Source: Chthoniobacterales bacterium | GTDB lineage: Bacteria; Verrucomicrobiota; Verrucomicrobiia; Chthoniobacterales; JAFAMB01 | Assembly: GCA_036401335.1 (NCBI GenBank) | Contig: DASWVC010000293.1 | Location: 419 to 64,418, forward strand | Direction: 5' to 3' | DNA length: 64,000 nucleotides | In this document: in pieces, positions 17,346 to 26,031 of the stretch | How the letters are laid out: every line of letters starts with the position of its first letter | How positions within the stretch are numbered: the stretch's first letter is position 1 | The notes under the pieces: model-generated | Told to the model about the DNA's origin: nothing | The model's input: the letters and a program-made list of their open reading frames with translations, nothing else | Database searches by the model: none | Position numbers and translations under genes: made by a program

Positions 17346-18719
17346 ATGGATCGTCGCTCTTTTGTGCGTCAACTCGCGGCAGCGTCCGGTGTTGGATTGC
17401 TTGCCGCCAGCCGGGCTCTGGCCCAACCGGTCAGAGGGCCCGAACCGTGGGACCTCGACTTTCCGGAGGGGACCGCGCCAGTGCCGGCCGATTTTCTCGG
17501 CCTGAGCTTTGAGACCGATCGGATCGCGGACGGCGACTACCTTCTGCCGGGAAACCAGAGCCTGGTAGCGCTCGTGCGCGGCCTTGGTCCGGCTGGCACC
17601 GTTCGTATCGGCGGGAACAGCAGCGATCGCCCGGCGGGTGCATCGCCCGCCCGGGTGGGCCGTGTTCAACTCGAAAGGCTTGCCAGCTTTCTTGAGGTCA
17701 CCGGGTGGCGGCTTATTTACGGGCTGAACCTCGGGTCGGGCACCGCCGAGCGCGCGGCGGCTGAGGCGCAGCTCGTTGCGGAGACCGTCGGAACCCGCCT
17801 GTTGGCCTTTCAGATCGGGAACGAGCCCGACGTTTACGCCGGCAACGGTTTGCGACCCGGCGGCTACGGTGTGGCCCCGTACGTGCAAGACTGGAACCGG
17901 TTTTCCGCCGCGATCCGCGACAAAGTGCCAGGCGCACGGTTTGGCGGCCCGGATTTGTCCTCGGACACGAGCTGGCTGGCGCGGTTTGCGCAGGGGAGTT
18001 CGTTCAAACCGGCATTCCTTTCCCACCATTTCTACAGTGAAGGCCCGGCCGGCAATCCCAATGTCACGGAGGCACGCATGCTCGCCTCCACCCCCAGCCT
18101 GCTCCACCGGCTCGATGTCATCCGGCAAGCCGCCCCGTCCGGCCTGCCGCTGCGTATGACCGAAATCAACTCGGTCTGGAACGGGGGTCAACCGGGAGTA
18201 AGCGATACTTTCGCCGCGGCGGTTTGGGCCTTCAACGCCCTCTGCTTGATGGCCGCGCGCGGGTGGACGGGCGTGAACTTCCACGGCAATCAGGGCGCTT
18301 GTTACTCACCGTTGCAGCGTCAGGCGGACGGCCAATTTTATGCCGCGCCCATCTACTACGGACTCAAGCTGTTTTCTGCCCTGGGTCCCTCCTCTGTCGT
18401 CGCCAGCCCCGACTTTGATGCCGGCGCGAGCCTCCGGCGCTACGCGATGCGTGACAAAGAAGGGCGGAAACGGGCCGTCATCGTCAACCTTGATGCAAAC
18501 CGGCCAGGCGTAACGACCTTGCGGGCGAGCACGCGGGGATGGCGGCTCCGCCGGTTCAGTGCGAAGAGTTTGCCCGGACCGAAGGCACCTCCTTACGGAC
18601 TGCCCCGGCCGGAAACGTTGTTTGGACTGGACGGGCCCGGCGAACGGCTGCAGTCGATCGGCGACAGCATACCCGTCGCGATTGGGCCGCTCACCGTACT
18701 CGTCTTAGAAATTTTGTAA
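17346..18719 (+). CDS. TAT-exported glycoside hydrolase family 79-like protein (beta-glucuronidase/heparanase-like)
   Basis: Twin-arginine signal MDRRSFVRQLAAASGVGLLAASRALAQ. GH79-like blocks FLGLSFE, VRIGGNSSD, FQIGNEPD (acid/base context), HHFY and LRMTEINS (nucleophile context). The track ORF start 16965 is rejected. Confidence 0.8.
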   Translation: MDRRSFVRQLAAASGVGLLAASRALAQPVRGPEPWDLDFPEGTAPVPADFLGLSFETDRIADGDYLLPGNQSLVALVRGLGPAGTVRIGGNSSDRPAGASPARVGRVQLERLASFLEVTGWRLIYGLNLGSGTAERAAAEAQLVAETVGTRLLAFQIGNEPDVYAGNGLRPGGYGVAPYVQDWNRFSAAIRDKVPGARFGGPDLSSDTSWLARFAQGSSFKPAFLSHHFYSEGPAGNPNVTEARMLASTPSLLHRLDVIRQAAPSGLPLRMTEINSVWNGGQPGVSDTFAAAVWAFNALCLMAARGWTGVNFHGNQGACYSPLQRQADGQFYAAPIYYGLKLFSALGPSSVVASPDFDAGASLRRYAMRDKEGRKRAVIVNLDANRPGVTTLRASTRGWRLRRFSAKSLPGPKAPPYGLPRPETLFGLDGPGERLQSIGDSIPVAIGPLTVLVLEIL

Positions 18720-19020
18720 CGAGAACCAGGCGCGCCGTCCTGGCCAGCAGCGGAGCTTTGCAAGGAAGGTCAGCACCATTTTGCGGCGCAGCCACCCTGC
18801 CTTGAAAACGGGGCAGCAGGTAAATGAGCCCGAAGGTCGCCGCCCACAAGGCTGAAAGGAAAAGGTGAAAAAGGTCGTCGGCGAATTCAGGCATGCCAAA
18901 CGCACGCGAAAGCCGAAGGGCGGTTGCAATCGAATACAGCGTACCCAGGCTGGCCAACGACCCAAAAAGCAGGTTCAACTCAAGCGACATGGGGAGAACA
19001 AGGTTCAGTGTGTCCAGCAA
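18691..19020 (-). CDS. hypothetical small membrane protein (doubtful)
   Basis: 109 aa with two hydrophobic stretches. It overlaps the 3' end of the GH79-like gene by 29 nt. No motif. Confidence 0.25.
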   Translation of the reverse strand: MLDTLNLVLPMSLELNLLFGSLASLGTLYSIATALRLSRAFGMPEFADDLFHLFLSALWAATFGLIYLLPRFQGRVAAPQNGADLPCKAPLLARTARLVLVTKFLRRVR

Positions 19021-19153
19021 TTTTGCTTTGCGAGGCCGATTCGCAACCTAATATTTTTGAGAAAACGCGAATTCCTGCCCGTTTCCCAATGTTTGGGGAC
19101 GATTTCCGCCCCGTCCAGTGGGACGTGCACCCACGCAACGCAGCCGACCCGAA

Positions 19154-20140
19154 TCACACCGCCACTTCCCGGTGACGCCGCCGGCGGAAATATGCCCGGA
19201 CATCCGCCTCTTTAAGGTCTCCGAAGTCTTTGACGCTGTGGATGATGCTATGGCCGCGCGCCAGGAGGTTTTCCGGCCGGTCGGGTAAGCCCCGGAAGCG
19301 AATGGCAAACGGCTCCTCCCGGCCGCTGCCGTCCTGAAGCGCCAAGTCGACAGACTTCACGCACATCGATACGATCATGTCCTCGACCAGGGGAGTCGGC
19401 AGCCAGACGCAGGGACGGGCCAGAAGGCTCCGGGCGTGGAGCGCGCGGACGCAGGCGTGAGAAAGCGCATAGCCGCCGCCGTAACAGTGTTCGCCCACCC
19501 GGAACCCGTTGATGAAGGCGTGACGAATCGTGTCTCGAATCAGCCGAAAACGTCCCCAAAAGGCAATCTGAACAGTGACGCCGCCGCACTTGGTGGCGCG
19601 CCAGACCGTAAATTGCTTTAACAGCTTGTCCAGTGCCCGACCCAGAGGCCTCACCGTCTCGTCGCCGCGTTCCGGCAGGCTGGGGTCCCGTATCGTTCCA
19701 ATCATGCCCACTTCAGGATGGCTCGCGAACTGGCGGGACAGCGCTTGTGAGAACGGCCGGATCACCAGTGCGTCGGTGTCCAGCTTTACCGCGAACTCAA
19801 ACGGCAACGCCCGTTTGGTTAATTCGTGCAACCCTGCCAGGACGGCAACGGCACAGCCGGCGGCCCACCCGCTGCCCCGTCCGTTCCGCGGATTTTTGAT
19901 TTCGGTGAATCGGTCCCGGACCGTGTCCGGGACAGCGCGGTTGAACCGCGCCGGCCCGGGTTGATCGTCAACCAGGACCAAATGGTAGTTGCCGCCCTCA
20001 AAGGTCTCCAGGGATTCCACGAGGTCGCGTACACGCTCCACCTCCCGTTCGCCGGGTCCCACGGGGACGACGACCGCAAATCCTGCCGATCGCCCCGGTA
20101 CCGCCCGGCTGAGTTCTTCGTCCGTCCCTGTTCGGCTCAC
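19154..20140 (-). CDS. uncharacterised GT-A-like glycosyltransferase family Y, copy 1
   Basis: Blocks FAVVVPVGPGE, HLVLVDD, NPRNGRGSGW, KLDTDALVI (DxD-like), GEHCYGGGYALS and SIIHSVKD. Clear paralog of 60163..61101. GTG start. Confidence 0.8.
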   Translation of the reverse strand: MSRTGTDEELSRAVPGRSAGFAVVVPVGPGEREVERVRDLVESLETFEGGNYHLVLVDDQPGPARFNRAVPDTVRDRFTEIKNPRNGRGSGWAAGCAVAVLAGLHELTKRALPFEFAVKLDTDALVIRPFSQALSRQFASHPEVGMIGTIRDPSLPERGDETVRPLGRALDKLLKQFTVWRATKCGGVTVQIAFWGRFRLIRDTIRHAFINGFRVGEHCYGGGYALSHACVRALHARSLLARPCVWLPTPLVEDMIVSMCVKSVDLALQDGSGREEPFAIRFRGLPDRPENLLARGHSIIHSVKDFGDLKEADVRAYFRRRRHREVAV

Positions 20141-20239
20141 CCGGCATACTTTTAGCGCATTTGAGGTGGGCGCAAGTTCCGCTTTCGCTTAACCTTTCGT
20201 CCGCAGGCCCGGCGCGGCCTAAATGTCTGTCCCGCTTTT

Positions 20240-21940
20240 GTGATGAACTTTATCCTGCAACGGTTACCGGAACTCTCGCGTCGTGTCCGGTACCGGGGGT
20301 GCGTGTCGTCCCTGGCCGTCGCGGGTGCGCTGTACCTCGGCCTGCACGCAAACCTCGTGTTTGCCGAGGAACCGGGGATCGCCTTACGGTTCAGTGAACG
20401 CGGATTGGCGTCGCTTACTTACCACGGTCAGGAGTTTCTTGACTCGGCCGGCAAAGAGCCACGCGGTGAACCGGTAATGTCGGTTTGGCTGGAAGGCGAC
20501 CCCAAACAACATTACGACGGCCCGAAGGAATCACGTTGGCCCGATCCAAACACCTTTGTGCGGTTGTACCCCTGGGGCTTGGCCACGGTGCATTATGGCG
20601 TGGCGGGAGACAACCTGAACGTGACGGTGGAGGTCCACAACACCTCTGCCCAGCAGGTCCGAAAAGCGCAGTGTGACCTTTTTTACCTGCGCTTCCCTGA
20701 CGGGCTCACCCCGGATCGGTGGGACAACACGGATCCGCCCAAAAACGACGGTCGTCTTGCCCCGACGGTGCTAACCGCTTCGTACCGCCAGGGCAAACTG
20801 GTGACAGTTGACCCGGATCCTGGCGTTGCGACTTACACCCGCTTTGGTTCACGCCAGGGCGCAGGTTACCAGCTTTCGCTCGCGAGCCTGGCTCCGCTCG
20901 CACCGGGCCAGACGGTTCGGCTCTCCACCAGTTGCCGGTTCCGGCCGCCCGACGCGCCGGTTGAACAAGTCGCCGCAGACGTTTACCATCGGTTCCGCGA
21001 CCAGCATCCACGTTCCTCCCAATGGGCCGATCGCCGGCCGATCGGTTCGCTGATGCTTGCTCGGGTCAATACAAAATGGGCAACCAACCCCCGGGGCTGG
21101 CTCAACGACCCGTCTCTCGACGTGTTCACCCCGAACCGACGGGCCGTGTTCTGGGAACGCTTGTTTGCGTTCGTGAATGCCACGGTGACGAACCTCCGCA
21201 TGATGGATGCACAAGGCGTCATCGTGTGGGACCTGGAGGGAGAACAATTCCCCCAGGGAGAAGCAACCTATGCCGGAGATCCACGCCTGCTCCCCAAACT
21301 CGCTCCCGAAATGGAGCCGGTCGCTGATGCCCTGTTTGAAAAATTCAAACGAGCGGGTCTCCGGGTCGGCGTCTGCCTGCGTGCCGATGCGGTCACCTTC
21401 CGGCCCAATGGAAGCTTTTACCAAAAAGTTTTCATGGACCGTCAGTTGCTCCTGCAGTCCCTGGACGACCGCATCGCCTACGCCAAGGCCCGTTGGGGGT
21501 GCACAATTTATTACATAGATTCGTTCGGCGGCCCGCCGGCGTATGATCCGGACGTTCTGCGGCAACTGGCGGAAAAGCACCCCGATGTGCTGCTGGTTCC
21601 AGAATTCGAGCAGACCCTCACGTACGCCTACGCTGCGCCTTACAAGGAATTACGCCCAATGGGGCGGAACCCGGGCACCGGTTCAACGCCGTCCCGCGTC
21701 ACGGCGGTGTACCCTGACGCGTTTAGTGTGATCAATGTGGCCGATGGCGATTTGCCGGGCCGCCGCGCCGAACTGCTTCAGGCGGTACGCCGTGGGGACG
21801 TGCTGCTCTTTCGGGCGTGGTATCGCAACCAAGAGTTTGCCATGGTTCGGACCATCACGCAGGAGGCAAGGGCTACGTCGGGTCGAGAGCCGGTGCACGG
21901 CCGGCCCGTAAGCGGAAATCCCGGTCCGGTAGGGCGGTGA
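20240..21940 (+). CDS. uncharacterised family X protein, full form (signal peptide + N-terminal beta-rich domain + conserved C-terminal domain)
   Basis: Signal LAVAGALYLGLHANLVFA. The N-domain is shared with 28193..30052 (YPWG, WDNTDPP). C-domain blocks: DRRPIGS, NPRGW, VIVWDLEGEQFP, APEMEPVAD, GLRVGVCLRA, RWGCTIYYIDS, HPDVLLVPEF, GDVLLFRAW. Confidence 0.85.
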   Translation: MMNFILQRLPELSRRVRYRGCVSSLAVAGALYLGLHANLVFAEEPGIALRFSERGLASLTYHGQEFLDSAGKEPRGEPVMSVWLEGDPKQHYDGPKESRWPDPNTFVRLYPWGLATVHYGVAGDNLNVTVEVHNTSAQQVRKAQCDLFYLRFPDGLTPDRWDNTDPPKNDGRLAPTVLTASYRQGKLVTVDPDPGVATYTRFGSRQGAGYQLSLASLAPLAPGQTVRLSTSCRFRPPDAPVEQVAADVYHRFRDQHPRSSQWADRRPIGSLMLARVNTKWATNPRGWLNDPSLDVFTPNRRAVFWERLFAFVNATVTNLRMMDAQGVIVWDLEGEQFPQGEATYAGDPRLLPKLAPEMEPVADALFEKFKRAGLRVGVCLRADAVTFRPNGSFYQKVFMDRQLLLQSLDDRIAYAKARWGCTIYYIDSFGGPPAYDPDVLRQLAEKHPDVLLVPEFEQTLTYAYAAPYKELRPMGRNPGTGSTPSRVTAVYPDAFSVINVADGDLPGRRAELLQAVRRGDVLLFRAWYRNQEFAMVRTITQEARATSGREPVHGRPVSGNPGPVGR

Positions 21941-21952
21941 AACCCGACGCGG

Positions 21953-22702
21953 TCAGTCCAACGGCACCAGTCCGAACGCGGCCCGTACAACCGGCGTCAG
22001 CGGGCGGGTCCGCATAAGCTTCGACAACGTGGCCCGCACGCCGAGGTGCCGCAAGTTCGGGCCGCTGTTGTTTTCCCCCGTTTCCTTCACATAAATGGCG
22101 CCGGGGAAAGGCAGTCGTTCCAATGGCCGGCCGGTTCCGGCCAGGTATTTAGCAATCGCATGGTGGCCGTGACAAAGAATAAAGAATCGCTCACGAAGAG
22201 AATCCAGGTCCTCGGGCAATTCTGCCGATGCGAGCCGGATGATGTTGGAGGTACCACAACGAAGGTGAAAATCGGCGTGCCGCTCCAGCCAATGACTGCC
22301 CTCGTCATGGCTGTACCCCAGCGGGATGAACCAACCGTTGGATTGCGGATGGCGCGACACCAGTGCGGCCAGCGCCCGGTGGACCAGATCGTCGGCATCC
22401 ACGCCCATGACAAAACCACCGCCGACTTCTCGCACCGCCATCAAGCCGCGCCGAACTTTGCGGGCTTTATCGGCAATCTGCGACTGCTTATCTGCCGCCG
22501 GGATCGGGAAATCACCGTGGACGATGCGCAGATTCGGGTGCATGGACATCCCCTCAGGAGGTTGGTTGCAGACCAGAAACACACGGAACTGGTCGGAGGT
22601 TTGCCGGTAAAGCGAGCGCAACGTTCGTCGACACAGGCGAGAAACCTGTTTCCAATCGTTCGAGGCTTGTGGGCTCTTCAAAGGGACGATGAAGTTGAGC
22701 AT
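21953..22702 (-). CDS. GT-A fold glycosyltransferase (GT2-like)
   Basis: MLNFIVPLKSPQASNDW...FRVFLVCNQPP...GVDADDLVH (DxD). 249 aa. Confidence 0.8.
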   Translation of the reverse strand: MLNFIVPLKSPQASNDWKQVSRLCRRTLRSLYRQTSDQFRVFLVCNQPPEGMSMHPNLRIVHGDFPIPAADKQSQIADKARKVRRGLMAVREVGGGFVMGVDADDLVHRALAALVSRHPQSNGWFIPLGYSHDEGSHWLERHADFHLRCGTSNIIRLASAELPEDLDSLRERFFILCHGHHAIAKYLAGTGRPLERLPFPGAIYVKETGENNSGPNLRHLGVRATLSKLMRTRPLTPVVRAAFGLVPLD

Positions 22703-22780
22703 AGGGAGAAGGGCTGGCCGGCCCTCGGAGAACCGATCACGGGCGGGACGTAGCGGCGGGACGGGCGACGCACGGCTTGA

Positions 22781-24511
22781 CTACCATTTTAGGCCGGCCG
22801 GAAGCGGCCACCGCAACACCTGGCGGGCCTTGGCGAGCCGCGCCGCGAGCTTGGCATAATTCACGTCTTGCACGATCGAACCGTCCTCAATCGCCTGCAC
22901 CGCGGCCGCCGCCGTGGACTGTCCCAAAATCATTTCCGTCGGTTCCATCCGGATCGCTGAAAAACAGACGTGACTCGCTGAAAGGCAAACCGGCACCAGC
23001 AGGTTCTGGCACTCCGAACGTTTTGGCACGGTGGCGGTGTAAGCCACGGGAAAGGGACCTGGAATGCGCTCCAAAAAGTGGCCCTCAAGTCTCACGTTCC
23101 CTTCTTTGCAGATGCGGTGCACCCAATGCGAGTCGAGGAAGTAAGCGGCCAGGCCAATCGATCGATCGGCGATCCTTTGCCCTTTTGCGTTCTGTTCCAA
23201 CATGACGTAATCGGACACCATCCGTCTACCCTCGCGGATGTACAATTGGTAAGGCCAGTTGCCGTTGTCCTGGAACTCGTCCCGGCAGAGGCCGTACGTG
23301 AGCCACTCCCGGCGGATTGCCGGCGGCACGGCGCTGCTGTGCCCGAGGAAGTAGAGCAACCCGGCCGTGTACCGTCGAAGCTCGGCCGCAAACTGCTCGC
23401 GGTCTTCCGATGAGCTTTCAATGTACCCGTCATTGTAACCGATGAGGTCCGTGGAGAGCAGCCCATTCGTGAAAGAGGTCGAACAATTGACGTCGAACTT
23501 CTGGTTCGGCAGGGCGTCAATCTTCAGAAACGATCTTAGTTCCAGAGTCTCGCCACGGCTCAGCCGCTGCTGAATGTCGCGGGCAAGCAGTTCGTAATCT
23601 CTTTCGTCGTATCCCGGCGGAGCGGTGAAGGGAATGCGGTTTGCGGCATTCCGGGTCAGGCACAAACGGTACCCGTAAGCCTGAACGCCTCCGTCGGCAG
23701 CACCGACGGGCAAGTCCCGGTCTGCCTGCACGTAAGGCAAAAGGCCGGAGGCAGGCCGACCAGGCTCCCGGAACGCACTCAGGGGTTCCCCGTCCTGCGG
23801 CGGCCGGACGCCGTTAAGGGTCTCTTGGTACTTGGCATTGGCTTCGCGGCCGATGGTGCGGCTGACGCCCGCTCCTGCCAGCAAATCCCCTTCGTAAGAC
23901 GCATCGATGAACATCTGCGCACGGAAGGTGGCACGCCCCGCCGTGGTGACCGAGACGATTTTCTTCCCGCTCACCTCAACCCGATCCAGCTTGTCGCCCA
24001 TGGCCACATGGACGCTACTTTCCCGGATCATCTCATTGAAGACCCTTTCCGCCACATGGGGCTCGAACGTCATCGAGTCTGGCCGTTCATAAACGTGGCC
24101 GACCCTCGCGAAAAACTCCTGAGAGATCCCTCCGACGACGGCTTTGAAGGCGGGCAGATAATCGGAAAATCCAAGCCCGCTGGTCATCATGCCGCCAAGA
24201 TGACGGGTGGGTTCGATCAGCACGGCGCGTCCGCCCATCCTGCCGACCTGAACCGCAGCAGCAATCCCCGCCGGGGTACCGCCATAAATCACGACATCGG
24301 CCTCGTGCGGATCGACGCCGGTGACCCCGTGCACCAGCTTTCTTTTACTGCTCTGAGTTACTACTGCGGCTATCAGGACAGCGATGCAGATGGCCATTAC
24401 AAACCGCAGGCGGTTCGGATAGGCGGCAAATGGTGCCGTTCGCCCCCCCATTCGAACGCCGGTCCGCGCGGTTTTTGGGACCAGCCATCCCAGCTTCAAC
24501 TTCAGCCGCAT
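22781..24511 (-). CDS. FAD-dependent oxidoreductase (FAD_oxidored family, the type often annotated as xanthan lyase)
   Basis: Dinucleotide-binding motif DVVIYGGTPAGIAAAVQVGRMG, preceded by a hydrophobic anchor MAICIAVLIAAVV. 576-aa ORF. The start could be an internal Met. Confidence 0.85.
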   Translation of the reverse strand: MRLKLKLGWLVPKTARTGVRMGGRTAPFAAYPNRLRFVMAICIAVLIAAVVTQSSKRKLVHGVTGVDPHEADVVIYGGTPAGIAAAVQVGRMGGRAVLIEPTRHLGGMMTSGLGFSDYLPAFKAVVGGISQEFFARVGHVYERPDSMTFEPHVAERVFNEMIRESSVHVAMGDKLDRVEVSGKKIVSVTTAGRATFRAQMFIDASYEGDLLAGAGVSRTIGREANAKYQETLNGVRPPQDGEPLSAFREPGRPASGLLPYVQADRDLPVGAADGGVQAYGYRLCLTRNAANRIPFTAPPGYDERDYELLARDIQQRLSRGETLELRSFLKIDALPNQKFDVNCSTSFTNGLLSTDLIGYNDGYIESSSEDREQFAAELRRYTAGLLYFLGHSSAVPPAIRREWLTYGLCRDEFQDNGNWPYQLYIREGRRMVSDYVMLEQNAKGQRIADRSIGLAAYFLDSHWVHRICKEGNVRLEGHFLERIPGPFPVAYTATVPKRSECQNLLVPVCLSASHVCFSAIRMEPTEMILGQSTAAAAVQAIEDGSIVQDVNYAKLAARLAKARQVLRWPLPAGLKW

Positions 24512-24762
24512 CGGGTAAATTAACGTACCACCCGGGCGCGCGCGAATGCCAAAGCGGCCGACGGGCTTGGGCGGGAGAGTTGGCCCCGTTCGGGTTCACG
24601 GCCGCGGGCCAGCCGGTCGGCCGCCCGGAGCGCGTGTTTGCCATTGGGGAGGAGTTGTGCAACCTCTTTCGCCGTCGCTTGACGTGGAAGGGGCCGGAGT
24701 GAGCCTCTGGGAGCGGACGTTGGCCGATCGCGGCCGCCCGGCGTTGCGCGGTGCGAATACGT

Positions 24763-26031
24763 ATGGGTAAACCGATTATAGAAGCGCACAAGCTGGGGAA
24801 GCGCTACCGACTGGGCGTGTTGGGTGCGCGGACGTTGCGCGAAGATGCCGGACGCCTGGTTCGCAATCTGTGGGACCGGCCGGGCGCTGAGCATCGCGAG
24901 CGTGAGCGAAAGGGCTTCTCCTGGGCGCTGCGTGACGTGTCCTTTGACATTCAACCCGGGGAAACCGTCGGGTTTATCGGCGGCAATGGCGCCGGCAAAT
25001 CCACGTTGCTCAAACTCCTCGCCCGGATAACCGAACCAAGCGCGGGCCATGCCAAAATCCGCGGCAAGGTCGCGGCTTTGCTGGAAGTCGGGTCTGGCTT
25101 TCACCAGGAATTAACCGGGCGCGAAAACATCTTTTTGAACGCGGCTATTCTGGGAATGTCGCGAGCTGCGACGCGCCAGCGGTTGGACGCGATCATCGAT
25201 TTCTCCGGGGTCGAGAAGTACGTGGACACACCCGTAAAACGGTACTCCAGCGGCATGCGGGTGCGCCTGGCCTTTGCGGTCGCAGCCTTTCTGGAGCCCG
25301 ATATCCTGATTGCCGATGAGGTGCTCGCGGTGGGAGATGCAAGCTTTCAAAAGAAAAGCCTCGGCAAGATGGGCGAGGTCGCCCGAGAAGGCCGCACCGT
25401 GCTTTTTGTCAGCCACGACCTCGCCGCGGTCCAACACCTTTGTCAACGGGTGGTGGTGCTCAAAGACGGCACACTGGTCACCGACGGGCCGGCAACTGCC
25501 TCGATCCGGACGTACCTCGGCTCGATTTCGTCGGCCCGCGCCGGCCAGGATCTTACCGACCGGCGACCGTCTACCGGGCCGCACCTCGTTGGTTTTTCCG
25601 TTAACCAAGGCGAGCACACGGTGGATGACCTGCTGGCCAGCGGACGCCGGGCCGAGTTGTCGTTTGCCTTGCGGAACGTGCAGGCCAACGTGCATTGTTG
25701 CGTGGAACTGTATTCCGAAGCCGGAGTGCTGGTCACCCGTTTTGCCACCCGCGGCTACATCGACGGCGATTTCTCCGGCGACATCACCCTGCGCTGCCGG
25801 ACCGACCAACTATTACTTAACCCCGGACGCTACCGGCTGGCCTTTCAGATTTTCCAGCGGGACGCTCTGGTGGAATATCACGAACACCTCACCACGTTCG
25901 ACGTTGCCCGCGGCACCGTCGGTGCCCACCAACTCTGGAGCCAGGAAACCAACGGGTTGTTTTTTTTCCCGCACGACTGGACGGCTGAACCGCTTGAGGC
26001 GCCTGCCCTGGTGCCTTCAGCCACCGCCTAA
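24763..26031 (+). CDS. wzt: polysaccharide ABC exporter ATP-binding protein (Wzt/TagH-like) with C-terminal beta-sandwich extension
   Basis: Walker A GGNGAGKST, signature YSSGMRVRLAFA, Walker B ILIADEVLAVGD, H-loop FVSHD. An extra domain of about 180 aa (LNPGRYRLAFQIF) is consistent with a Wzt_C carbohydrate-binding domain. The N-terminus MGKPIIEAHKLGKRYRLG is typical. Confidence 0.9.
   Translation: MGKPIIEAHKLGKRYRLGVLGARTLREDAGRLVRNLWDRPGAEHRERERKGFSWALRDVSFDIQPGETVGFIGGNGAGKSTLLKLLARITEPSAGHAKIRGKVAALLEVGSGFHQELTGRENIFLNAAILGMSRAATRQRLDAIIDFSGVEKYVDTPVKRYSSGMRVRLAFAVAAFLEPDILIADEVLAVGDASFQKKSLGKMGEVAREGRTVLFVSHDLAAVQHLCQRVVVLKDGTLVTDGPATASIRTYLGSISSARAGQDLTDRRPSTGPHLVGFSVNQGEHTVDDLLASGRRAELSFALRNVQANVHCCVELYSEAGVLVTRFATRGYIDGDFSGDITLRCRTDQLLLNPGRYRLAFQIFQRDALVEYHEHLTTFDVARGTVGAHQLWSQETNGLFFFPHDWTAEPLEAPALVPSATA

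Noticed and set aside
23782-23818. GGGG...CCGTTAAG 37-nt string resembling a second Tn3-type IR
   Set aside because: It lies inside the intact FAD-oxidoreductase CDS, is 37 nt rather than 38, and shares only the end nucleotides with the 33861-33898 IR. It is most likely chance in GC-rich DNA.
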